The notes beneath the pieces were generated by a model. That model was given only the letters and a program-made list of their open reading frames with translations, was not told the DNA's origin and did not search any database. This document shows, piece by piece, positions 9,152 to 18,000 of a stretch of 51,527 bases of DNA; within the stretch, counting starts at the first letter, position 1; each line of letters starts with the position of its first letter. Source of the stretch: a virus (Duplodnaviria; Heunggongvirae; Uroviricota; Caudoviricetes). Where the stretch lies: the IMG/VR virus record IMGVR_UViG_3300031998_000026, positions 1-51,527 of that record; one strand, 5' to 3'. The position numbers and the translations under genes were made by a program.

Positions 9152-10051
9152 ATGCCATACAAGCCACTGGAAAGGCAGTACCGGAGCTTCACGGCTTCCA
9201 ACTTCCAACCGGTCCAGCAGGAGGGCGACGAACCGAGCGAGGAGTCGTTCCGCGTAAGGGGATACTACACGACCTTCAACGACGAGTACCTCCTGTACGA
9301 ACGTACCAAGTACTGGCCTGCGGAGTACGAGCAGATAGACCCGCACGCACTCGACGATTGCGACATGAGCGACGTCATCATGCAGTACGACCACGAGGGG
9401 CCTGTGCTCGCGAGGCAACGCAACGGGTCGCTCGTCCTCGGCACGGACGACCACGGCGCGTGGTGCGAGGCAGACCTCTCCGGATGCCAGCAGGCGAGAA
9501 ACCTCTACGAGTCCATCAAGAACGGGCTCGTGGTCGAGATGAGCTTCGGCTTCGTCATCGACAGCGACGACGACTCAGACGGATACACGACGTTCAAGGA
9601 TGAGGACGGCGACTGGCACACGACGATAACGAGAATACGACGCGTCTACGACGTCTCAGCGGTAGGAATACCAGCCAATCCGGGGACCGAGATAGACGAG
9701 ATCAGAAAGCGCTCTTACCTCGCGGCCCGAATCGAGGCCGACCGCAAGGCCGAGCAGGAGTCGCAGGCCGAGGAGCCCGAGGTCGTCGAGCAGCGTTCGG
9801 CCGAGACGGACGAGGTCTCGGAGCCGGTCATGGCAGAGACCGAGGCCTTCGGCATCGACATCGACGCCATAGTCGACCAGGTTATGGAGCGCATGTCCCA
9901 GCAGCCGGCGGAGGCGCCGGAGGACGTGCCCGAGGAGCCGGAGGTCACCCACGAGGATGCCGAGCAGGCCCTCGAGGACACGGAGCGCGGCACGCAGGCC
10001 GAGAGACGCAGGAGGCGCCGCATGCGGGCGCTCCAGCTCATAAACATATAG
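9152..10051 (+). CDS. prohead protease (HK97 family) with acidic C-terminal tail
   Basis: VRGYYTTFN, EQIDPHAL, MQYDHEGPVLAR, EMSFGF, YDVSAVGIPANPGTEI; AGGAGG RBS. Confidence 0.9.
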   Translation: MPYKPLERQYRSFTASNFQPVQQEGDEPSEESFRVRGYYTTFNDEYLLYERTKYWPAEYEQIDPHALDDCDMSDVIMQYDHEGPVLARQRNGSLVLGTDDHGAWCEADLSGCQQARNLYESIKNGLVVEMSFGFVIDSDDDSDGYTTFKDEDGDWHTTITRIRRVYDVSAVGIPANPGTEIDEIRKRSYLAARIEADRKAEQESQAEEPEVVEQRSAETDEVSEPVMAETEAFGIDIDAIVDQVMERMSQQPAEAPEDVPEEPEVTHEDAEQALEDTERGTQAERRRRRRMRALQLINI

Positions 10052-10224
10052 GTCAAACACCCGCAAGGGTTCGACATAGCAAGTTGCACGACGGCCTTTC
10101 GACGGAGAGATCGAGGCGGTGCGGCGGCAGGAGTTGCCGCCACGTGCGGGGGACGTCCGCGGAGCGCGGCGTCATGGGAGTCCCACACTCCCGAGCACTG
10201 TAACACCGACGAAAGGAAGCTCTC
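10052..10224 (+). promoter_or_regulatory. structured 5' leader of the major capsid gene (tandem hairpins with GGA-containing loops)
   Basis: 173-nt gap; ACCC-gcaa-GGGT, TCGA-cggagaga-TCGA, GGCGGCA-ggagt-TGCCGCC, CCGC-ggagc-GCGG, GGGAG-tcccaca-CTCCC. Confidence 0.45.
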
Positions 10225-11649
10225 ATGTTCGAGACCTTCACAGCCGCCCAGTACCGGGCGCTGGACCTCGACGCGTTCGAGGCACGTAAGCAGGAGGTAA
10301 TGGGCCTCCTGAACTCCGAGGAGCTGCCCGAGGGCGTCACCGACGAGATGCTCTACGCAGAGGCAGACCTCATCGAGGCCGACGCGGAGCGCCGCTCCAA
10401 GGCCAACAAGCTGTTCAACACCAAGGTGGCCGCGGTGGCCGCAGGCGCCGGCAACGTCGTCGCCACCAGCGAGCCCGAGGCCCGCGAGGACGCCAAGCCC
10501 TCGTTCCAGGCACGCAGCCGCGAGGCTGGCGAGTCCTACACCGACACGGTCGAGTACCGCGAGGCCCTCGCCAACCACATCGCCCGCAAGGCCCCGATGC
10601 CCGGCAACGTGATCGCCAAGGCCATCCAGAGCCGCGCGAACACCCCCGTGACCCTCAACGAGGGCTTCACCAACATGACCGACCCCACGTTCTCCAACAC
10701 CTACAGCACCCTCATCGTCATGCCCTCCACCCTCTCCGAAGAGGTGCAGAAGGAGGTCCGCGAGACGTCCGTGCTGTTCCCCAAGGTGAACGTGACCAAC
10801 TACCAGGGCCAGCTCGCGGTGTCCGAGTACGACCTGCAGGTGACCGGCAGCTGGATCGGCGACAAGGAAGTCTCGCCCTACCAGTACGACTACGACCCCG
10901 AGGTGTTCACCTGGGGCGCCTACCAGTTCGAGGCACGCTTCGCGCGCTCATTCCTGGCACAGGCCCTCATGTCCGACACCTACATCAGGCAGCTCGCGCC
11001 CGCGCTCGCAGAGTGCTACGCGAACGCCATGGACCAGGCCGTGTACGACGGCTCCGGCATCGGCCAGCCGCGCGGCATCGTGACCGACCTGCGCCTGCTC
11101 GGCTCCGACGGCCTCGGCATCGACTCCACGCTCGCTGACTTCTACACCCAGCGCATCGGCACCGGCAAGGGCCGCGCCCTCGTCATCAACGTGAACGAGG
11201 ACCAGATCGACGACTGGAAGTTCTGGAGCACCATCCTCTACAACACCAAGTTCAACCGCTACTACAGGGGCAAGGGCGAGCTCATCATCGCCGACGGCAC
11301 CTGGGGCAACCACGTCAACGTGCTGCACGACGACAACAACCGCCCCATAGCCCTCATGAACCCCCTGGCAGAGGAGCAGAGCCTCACGCTGCGCGGCGTC
11401 GGCCCCGTGGACACGCTGCCCAACGGCATCATGAAGTCCTTCGACGACGCCGAGGTCGGCGACGTGATCGGCATCTACGGCAACCTCAAGAACTACACGA
11501 TGAACGTCCAGCCCGGCATGCCCCTCACCACGACCAGCTGGGACGACCACGAGATCAACCTCCACAAGACCAAGGTGCTCACCGCCATGGACGGACGCGT
11601 CTCCAACCCGTTCGGCTGGGTCATCCTCAAGAAGGGACCGTCGGCCTAA
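10225..11649 (+). CDS. major capsid protein (HK97 fold, with N-terminal delta domain)
   Basis: Follows protease; EYREALANHI, LIVMPSTLSEEV, DQAVYDGSGIGQPRGI, IGIYGNLKNY, MDGRVSNP; extreme GC3 bias. Confidence 0.92.
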   Translation: MFETFTAAQYRALDLDAFEARKQEVMGLLNSEELPEGVTDEMLYAEADLIEADAERRSKANKLFNTKVAAVAAGAGNVVATSEPEAREDAKPSFQARSREAGESYTDTVEYREALANHIARKAPMPGNVIAKAIQSRANTPVTLNEGFTNMTDPTFSNTYSTLIVMPSTLSEEVQKEVRETSVLFPKVNVTNYQGQLAVSEYDLQVTGSWIGDKEVSPYQYDYDPEVFTWGAYQFEARFARSFLAQALMSDTYIRQLAPALAECYANAMDQAVYDGSGIGQPRGIVTDLRLLGSDGLGIDSTLADFYTQRIGTGKGRALVINVNEDQIDDWKFWSTILYNTKFNRYYRGKGELIIADGTWGNHVNVLHDDNNRPIALMNPLAEEQSLTLRGVGPVDTLPNGIMKSFDDAEVGDVIGIYGNLKNYTMNVQPGMPLTTTSWDDHEINLHKTKVLTAMDGRVSNPFGWVILKKGPSA

Positions 11650-11927
11650 TGGGTACCAACGTCTACCAGGGTCGCACGACCGTATCCGAGCTGCGTGACC
11701 TCATCCGCAAGCTCGGCGGCACGCCCAAGGGCAACACCAAGGCCCAACTGCAGGACGAGCTCGAGGCCATCGTGTCCGCTGGCGGCGGTGGTGGCTCCGT
11801 CAGCCCGGCAGAGATCAGGGCAGCCGTCGAGGCAGTGCTCGACGAGAAGCTCCCCGCCGCGATAGCCGATGCCATCGAGACTGGCGGGCTCACCGACGAG
11901 GAAGTCGACGACCTGTTCGAGGGCTAG
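11649..11927 (+). CDS. small head-associated protein (decoration/fibre anchor candidate)
   Basis: Coupled to capsid (TAATG); ends GGLTDEEVDDLFEG, a motif also ending several genes at 38.5-44.6 kb. Confidence 0.7.
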   Translation: MGTNVYQGRTTVSELRDLIRKLGGTPKGNTKAQLQDELEAIVSAGGGGGSVSPAEIRAAVEAVLDEKLPAAIADAIETGGLTDEEVDDLFEG

Positions 11928-11930
11928 CCG

Positions 11931-12200
11931 ATGGTCACCGTCAAGGTCGTCAGGGGCTTCCGAGACCTCCAAGAGCACGTCGACCGCCACGCTGGCCAGG
12001 AGTTCACCGCCAGCGAGGCGCGTGCCGAGGAGATTGCGGCTCGCCTGCCCGGATACGTCACGTACGAGGCGGCGCCAGACGAGGCGCCGGACCTCAAGTC
12101 ACTCACCGTCGCGCAGCTCAGGTCACTGGCCGGCGAGCGCGGCGTCACCATCCCGAAGAACGCCAGCAAGGCGAGGCTGATAGAGCTTTTGGAGGCCTAG
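11931..12200 (+). CDS. head-associated protein with C-terminal Rho-N/HeH-like domain
   Basis: VKVVRGFRDLQEHVDRHAGQEF...; LKSLTVAQLRSLAGERGVTIPKNASKARLIELLE. Confidence 0.75.
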   Translation: MVTVKVVRGFRDLQEHVDRHAGQEFTASEARAEEIAARLPGYVTYEAAPDEAPDLKSLTVAQLRSLAGERGVTIPKNASKARLIELLEA

Positions 12201-12569
12201 ATGGCACTCATAGACGACGTCAAGGTGTCCCTGCGCGTCGTGTCCGAAATGACCGACGTCGAGGTGCAAGGCCTCATAGACGCCGCGACTCAGGACATGC
12301 GCAGGGTCGGGGTTCGGGGGGAGCTGCTCGACGCAGAGAAACCCAACCCCCTTGCCAAGTGCGCCGTCCTGATGTTCTGCAAGGCGAACTACGGCTTCGA
12401 CAACAACGACTCGGACCGCTGCTGGCAGCGCTACCACTGGGCGGTGAACGCCCTCATGAACAGCTCCGCCAACGAATGCGCCGAGAACGTCACCAAGGCG
12501 TTCGACACACAAGCCGACGACCCGCCGGAGGGAGACGCCTCCGACCCCTCCGGCGGTGACTCGCCATGA
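12201..12569 (+). CDS. head-tail connector (gp6/gp15-like)
   Basis: LIDDVKVSLRV...VQGLIDAATQDMRRVGV...AVLMFCKANYG; synteny. Confidence 0.8.
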   Translation: MALIDDVKVSLRVVSEMTDVEVQGLIDAATQDMRRVGVRGELLDAEKPNPLAKCAVLMFCKANYGFDNNDSDRCWQRYHWAVNALMNSSANECAENVTKAFDTQADDPPEGDASDPSGGDSP

Positions 12570-12937
12570 GCCGCTGGAACGAGGAGATCACCCTCCTGTC
12601 AGCGCCCAACGCTTGGCAGGACGAGGAGGGCGGCTGGCACGAGGGCGAGCGGGTGCCGAGGAGGGTGTTCTGCAACCCCGGCATGCTCGGGACCATGGTA
12701 ATGGCCCAGCTCCGCTCCTCCGAGGTGCGCATAACCGGCGGGGAGGACGTCCCCGAGACGGGCATGCGCAACATGCACCTCGTCTACATACGGCAGATCG
12801 ACTACCAGGGCGAGGACCAGGTCATATACCGCGGCGAGGAGATGGACGTAATAGCGGCCACCTCCGAGCACGAGAACTACAAGGTGATCCTGCGCGCGAG
12901 GTACGGCAACGACAGGGAGGACCACGATGGACATTGA
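12566..12937 (+). CDS. head closure / head-tail adaptor
   Basis: RWNEEITLL...RRVFCN...DYQGEDQVIYRG; synteny. Confidence 0.75.
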   Translation: MSRWNEEITLLSAPNAWQDEEGGWHEGERVPRRVFCNPGMLGTMVMAQLRSSEVRITGGEDVPETGMRNMHLVYIRQIDYQGEDQVIYRGEEMDVIAATSEHENYKVILRARYGNDREDHDGH

Positions 12938-13385
12938 CGCGGACGAGTTCGCCGAGTCCGTCGAGGGCATCCTCTCGAAGGTGGGCAACGGAGTGCGCAG
13001 GGAGATGCCTGGCGTCGTCCAGGCGGGAATCCGCGCGGGCGCCAAGGACTGGCGCGACAGGGCCAAGAGGCTGTTCGGCGGCATCAAGCGCGGCAAGAAC
13101 AAGAACGTCCGCACGTACCGCAGGCATGGCAAGACCTACACGACCGGCGCCTACTCGAGGTCCATCCGCTCGCACATGACCAACAAGGGCGGAGACCACC
13201 CGTCGGGCGAGGTCGGCTCGCCGAAGATGCCCGGCCTGCCGCACCTGCTCGAGTTCGGCCATGCGAAGGTCGGCGGCGGCAGGGTCAAGGCCATACCGCA
13301 CGTCAGGGACGCGGCCAAGGTCGCGTTCGACGCCGCAGAGACGGCCGCCGGAAAAGCGATAGGGGAGGTTCTCGATGACGCCTGA
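12927..13385 (+). CDS. HK97 gp10-like neck/tail-completion protein
   Basis: TGAYSRSIR...LPHLLEFGHAKVGGGRVKAIPHVRDA. Confidence 0.85.
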   Translation: MDIDADEFAESVEGILSKVGNGVRREMPGVVQAGIRAGAKDWRDRAKRLFGGIKRGKNKNVRTYRRHGKTYTTGAYSRSIRSHMTNKGGDHPSGEVGSPKMPGLPHLLEFGHAKVGGGRVKAIPHVRDAAKVAFDAAETAAGKAIGEVLDDA

Positions 13386-13731
13386 GGCATTCCTCATGGA
13401 GACGCTGACGGGCGTCTGCAAGGGCACCTACCTCTCGTACCCGTCCGGCAAGGCACCGCCGCTGCCGTGGTTCGCGTACTCCCGCATGAACGGCGAGGAG
13501 TTCTACGCGGACGACGAGAACTACGCGCGCCTCCCCAGATTCAGGGTCGAGCTGCTATTCAAGGAGCACGACCCGCAGCTCACAAGGAAGTTCGAGGAAG
13601 CTCTCTCGAGACTTGGCACATGGCGCCTCTACGACGCCGACTACCTCGACTCGGAGAACTGCCTCATCCATGACTACAGGCTCTCGCTGGGCCTGGAGAA
13701 ACTAAGAGAAAGAGAGTCACAAGATGGCTAA
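13375..13731 (+). CDS. tail terminator protein (putative)
   Basis: APPLPWFAY...EFYADDENY...FRVELLF; directly upstream of major tail. Confidence 0.75.
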   Translation: MTPEAFLMETLTGVCKGTYLSYPSGKAPPLPWFAYSRMNGEEFYADDENYARLPRFRVELLFKEHDPQLTRKFEEALSRLGTWRLYDADYLDSENCLIHDYRLSLGLEKLRERESQDG

Positions 13732-14335
13732 CAAGGTACGCTTCGGCGTTTCCAACGCACGCTACGCGCTCAAGACCTCCGACGGCTTCGGAGAGTGGAA
13801 GCGCATCCCCGGCGCGGTCCAGATCCAGCTGGAGCCGCAGGAGTCCAACAACGACTTCTACGCCGACAACGAGAACTACTTCACCTCTCCCGGCGCCGCG
13901 TCCGACCAGGTGACCATCGAGCTCGCCGACCTCCCCGACAGCGCCAAGATTGACCTGCTCGGCTACAAGCAGGTCAACGGCAACCTCGCCCTGCCCGTCA
14001 ACTACAAGCCCAGCGAGTTCGTGCTCGGCTTCCAGGTCGAGGGCGACGAGACCACGCTGCGCGTCAACGTGTTCGGCGGCAAGCTGACCCGCTCGAGTGA
14101 GACCCACTCCACCAAGGAGGACACGACCGAGCCCGAGACCCAGTCCTACGAGGGCACCTTCAAGGGCGCCAAGTTCGTCGTGGACAGCGAGGAGGAGGCC
14201 TACCTCTACTACAGCACCACATCCGACAAGGACGACTACTCGACGTGGTGGGACGAGGTCAAGACCCCCGGCGACGTAGCCGAGGAGGAGGACGGCGACG
14301 ACGGCGACGACGGTGTCGACCCCCTCAACCCCTAG
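13724..14335 (+). CDS. major tail protein (phi13-like family)
   Basis: MANKVRFGVSNARYA...IPGAVQIQLEPQ...FYADNENY...FVLGFQVEGD. Confidence 0.9.
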   Translation: MANKVRFGVSNARYALKTSDGFGEWKRIPGAVQIQLEPQESNNDFYADNENYFTSPGAASDQVTIELADLPDSAKIDLLGYKQVNGNLALPVNYKPSEFVLGFQVEGDETTLRVNVFGGKLTRSSETHSTKEDTTEPETQSYEGTFKGAKFVVDSEEEAYLYYSTTSDKDDYSTWWDEVKTPGDVAEEEDGDDGDDGVDPLNP

Positions 14336-14425
14336 TCCGGAGTACCCGCAGCGGTGGTGCGCTTCCTGATGGGAGCGCGTCCCCCTTTGGGCACTTCAAC
14401 CTAGCGACATATCAAGGAGGCTGGT

Positions 14426-14878
14426 ATGGCGACGATAGACTACGGGATGGGCGAGCGCGAGATACGCTGCACCTACCGCACCCTGACCATCTACGAGCAC
14501 GAGTTCAGGGACAAGGACGGCAACCCCGCCGACCTGATTGCCGACGTCATGGGCAAGGTCAGGATGAGCATAGACGACGCCGGCGTCGAGTTCGACGACG
14601 AGGGCAACATAGTGGCCGTCATATACGACTACACGCGCGACAACTGGCTCGCCCAGAAGCGCGCCCTCTGGGCGATGCTCAAGACCGCCGAGGCCATCGC
14701 GAAGAGGCATGGCGAGAAGTACGAGCCCGTGCCGTCCTACGAGGAGTGGGACGCGTCTCTCGTCGAGTGCGAGCCAGACTTGAGGGAGGTATCCCTCGCG
14801 GTCGGCAACGAGCTCCAGCGGGGCTTGTTTCGATCCGGAGCCGCTGCCTCCGGAAAAACCAGCGAGGAAGAGGGATAG
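14426..14878 (+). CDS. tail assembly chaperone (gpG-like)
   Basis: Between major tail and tape measure; CTYRTLTIYEHEFR...DLIADV; AAGGAGG RBS. Confidence 0.8.
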   Translation: MATIDYGMGEREIRCTYRTLTIYEHEFRDKDGNPADLIADVMGKVRMSIDDAGVEFDDEGNIVAVIYDYTRDNWLAQKRALWAMLKTAEAIAKRHGEKYEPVPSYEEWDASLVECEPDLREVSLAVGNELQRGLFRSGAAASGKTSEEEG

Positions 14879-15077
14879 GGACAGGCTCCCCTACACGTCG
14901 ATAGGCAACTCGGCCCTCGAGATGGGACTCTCCATGGCCGACCTCGACGAGATCCCGTGGGGCGAGCTGGTGCTGATGCTGCAGGCACGCGCCCAGTCAT
15001 ACAAGAGGGACGACGAGGTCGAGGAGTCCTCGACTGAGCAGGTGTTCGCGTTCTTCGGAGCGTCGTCCAAGAAATAG
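14829..15077 (+). CDS. tail assembly chaperone extension (gpT-like), probably reached by frameshift; start coordinate approximate
   Basis: Frame open 14784-15077 encodes ...RDRLPYTSIGNSALEMGLSMADLDEIPWGELVLML...; no SD-backed start; it is +1 relative to gpG. Confidence 0.6.
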   Translation, partial: FDPEPLPPEKPARKRDRDRLPYTSIGNSALEMGLSMADLDEIPWGELVLMLQARAQSYKRDDEVEESSTEQVFAFFGASSKK

Positions 15078-15086
15078 GAGGTCTCA

Positions 15087-18000
15087 ATGGCCGAGTCCTA
15101 TCGCGGACTTACGATACGCATCGGTGGCGACACCTCCAGCCTAGTAAAGGCACTACGTGCGCCAAATCAGGCGATTTCCCAAACGCAGGCAGAGATCAGG
15201 AAGCTGGGACAGGCCCTGAAGCTGGATCCCGGCAACGTGCAGGTCATAAGCACCCAGATGGGCTACATGGCTAACCAGGCCACGAACGTGTCCATGAAGC
15301 TCGCCGAGCTCAAGCGCGCGCAGGAGCAGATAGGCAAGCTGAAGTACACCGCCGACGACGGTTCGGTGCAGACGGTGCGCGAGATGGCGAGAGCGACGGA
15401 GGAGTACGGCGGGGCCGTCTCCAACGTGAGCGAGAAGCTCGCGTCCAACAGGACGGAGCTGAGCAAGCTCACTGTACGCCTCGCAGAGGCCCACAACAAC
15501 ATGACCAACCTCACTAGGACGGCAGCGTCTACCGAGAGGACGAAGATCGGGGACGCGTTCAACCTCGCGGCCGGGATAACCTCCGTAGACGAGCTGACGA
15601 AGAAGTACAGCCAGGAACTGCCTAACGGCATGAAGCGCTCCGAGGAGCAGGTAAGGCAGATAATCTCCGAGATAGAGAAGATGCGTGACGCCATAGGCTT
15701 CAAGGATGGCACTGTCAACGTTGATGCTATCGTGCAGTCACTGAGGGATCTCCCCGAGGGCATCAGTATCTCATCTGCGAAACTGAGTTCGTTCTCCGAA
15801 AAGCTCGCAAAGTTCAACGAGAAGCACCACGACGCGTTCAATCAAGCGAAAAGTGACGTTGAGGCGCTGACGCAGAAGCAGGAGGAGCTGCAGAGCAAGG
15901 TCGAAGAGGATAAGGAAGGCATTAACAACCGCGTCACCGAAGCCCAGCTCGAGGGAGAGCGGCTCATAAACGAGGCAGTCGAGGAGGGCAAGAGACTCGT
16001 CGAGGACGCCACGCAGGCCACCAAGGACAGGGCTGCCGCGACGAAGGCCGTCGAGGAGGCGCAGAGGCGTCTCAACGAGGCTGAGGCGAACCTCGAAACT
16101 GCGAAGGGCGAGGAGGATGCAGCCTCGGAGATGGTCGCAGGCGTAGAGAGGGTCAAGGCAGGCCTCGAGAGCCTTTCCGACGACGATAGCATGGGGAAGC
16201 TCGTCGAGATCGCCACAAGGGAGTTCGACGGCTTCGTCGACCACGTAGCAGAGTCGAAGAAGGAGCTGCTCGACGCAGTCAACTTCAACAATGCGTTCGA
16301 CTTCGACGCCGACGAGTCCGTGAAGGAGGCAGGCAGGGTCAGACAAGCCGTCATCGACGCCTACGACGAGATCCACGAGAGGTACGACTCAATAGAGGAC
16401 CAGCGCCAAAGGCTGTTCGATAGTGCGCAGGAGGCACGCAAGAGCGGAGATCAGGCTCTCTTCGAGAAGCTGTTGAGTGAGTCTGGCAAGTTTGACCCAA
16501 CGGAGCTGTTCTTCGAGGATCGCAAGGCGCTAATCAATGCATACTCCGTGGTTGCCGACGCATCGACGCGATCTGCTGAGATACAAGTCGAAAACATCGA
16601 GCGTGTCAAGAAGGCATATGAGCAGGTCTATATGCTCGGCGGCGAGAACCCGGACATGACCCGCACGTCGATCGACAACGAGATTTCGGCGTCACAGAAC
16701 TTGCTCGACGAATACAAGGCGAAATACAAGGACACTCTCGCAGCCCTTAGGAGTCTGCGCACAGAGTATCTTGAGGATGGTGATGACGAGTCCGCTGCGG
16801 TTGCGTCCAGACTAATCAGCGATCTAACGAAGCAGAGGGATGCCACTGTCAATGCCATAAAGGCACAGATATCAAGGCTCAAGACCGAGAAGAAGGCGTT
16901 CGACGACATGTTGAGCGTCACAGACAAGTATGAAGCTGCCACTCCGGTCGAGGTCTACGACGAGATACAGCAGAAGCTGCAGGACACCAAGGCCCTGCGC
17001 GATGCCGAGAAGAGGAGCGTCGACGAGACGACAGCGAGGCTCAAGGCCGAGGGAAAGAGCCAGCAGGAGGTAACGGAGGCCGTCGCAGACGGCGTCGACA
17101 AGGTCAAGGAGTTCGACGCAAGGATAAAGGATCTCAAGAGCGACCTTTCTGCGGTAAGCGGCGGAAGGGGCGCGAACCTGAAGGGCGCGTTCACCGAGGC
17201 ATACGAGAAGCAGCACTCGAACGACGAGGCCCGCGAGTCCGCAAGGGCAAAGGTGGCCGAGGAACAGGCAGAGAACATAAAGCAGGCAGAGCAGGAGCTC
17301 GACGAAGCGCGCGAGCAACACTCCAAGGCGCACCAGAGCAGGCTCAAGGCGGAGGAGGACCTGGAGAACGCGCGCGCTGAGGCTGCAATGAAGGCCAAGG
17401 CCGCAGAGGGGGACAGTGCCGGCACCGTTGAGGACGCAAAGGCGCAGGCGGAGAAGATGCGAGCCGATGCGACCGAGAATGCGTCCAAGATGGTTCAGGA
17501 CGCCATGCAGGCGCAGGACGACAGCGTACTCAATCTGATACAAGACCAGATTGAGTACGAGCAGACCACGGAGAGCCTCAACGCGGCCCAAGCCACCTTG
17601 GCAGACACCTTGGATGACCTCGCGAAGCTCGGCGGCAAGGTCGGCGTCCTGTCCGGCGAGATGTTCAAGAACGCCGAGGGCAACACCAACGTGGCGCACA
17701 TGGACGAGATTCTTCGCTCGATAGCGGAGAACCTCGGCATCAGCGGCAATGAGATCGACGAGTTCGTCGCGAAGACACAAGGTCTCGTCGACGGGTTCAA
17801 CGATGCGAGCACGGAACAGGAGAAGCTCCTGAAGGTGACCAGGTACCAAGACTTGGTCAGCGAGATCATGAAGAGTGAGGCGGCGGTCAAGAGCCTTGCC
17901 GAGAAGATGTCCGGCATGAATGTGCCCTCTGAGCTTATGCGCGGGATGTACGAGCTTGTCGAGGATACGAAGACCCTCGACGTGGCATACAGAGCGCTGA

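Noticed and set aside
14851-14904. Canonical -1 frameshift at C-GGA-AAA
   Set aside because: The -1 frame stops at 14904 after ~15 codons and does not reach the gpT-like sequence.
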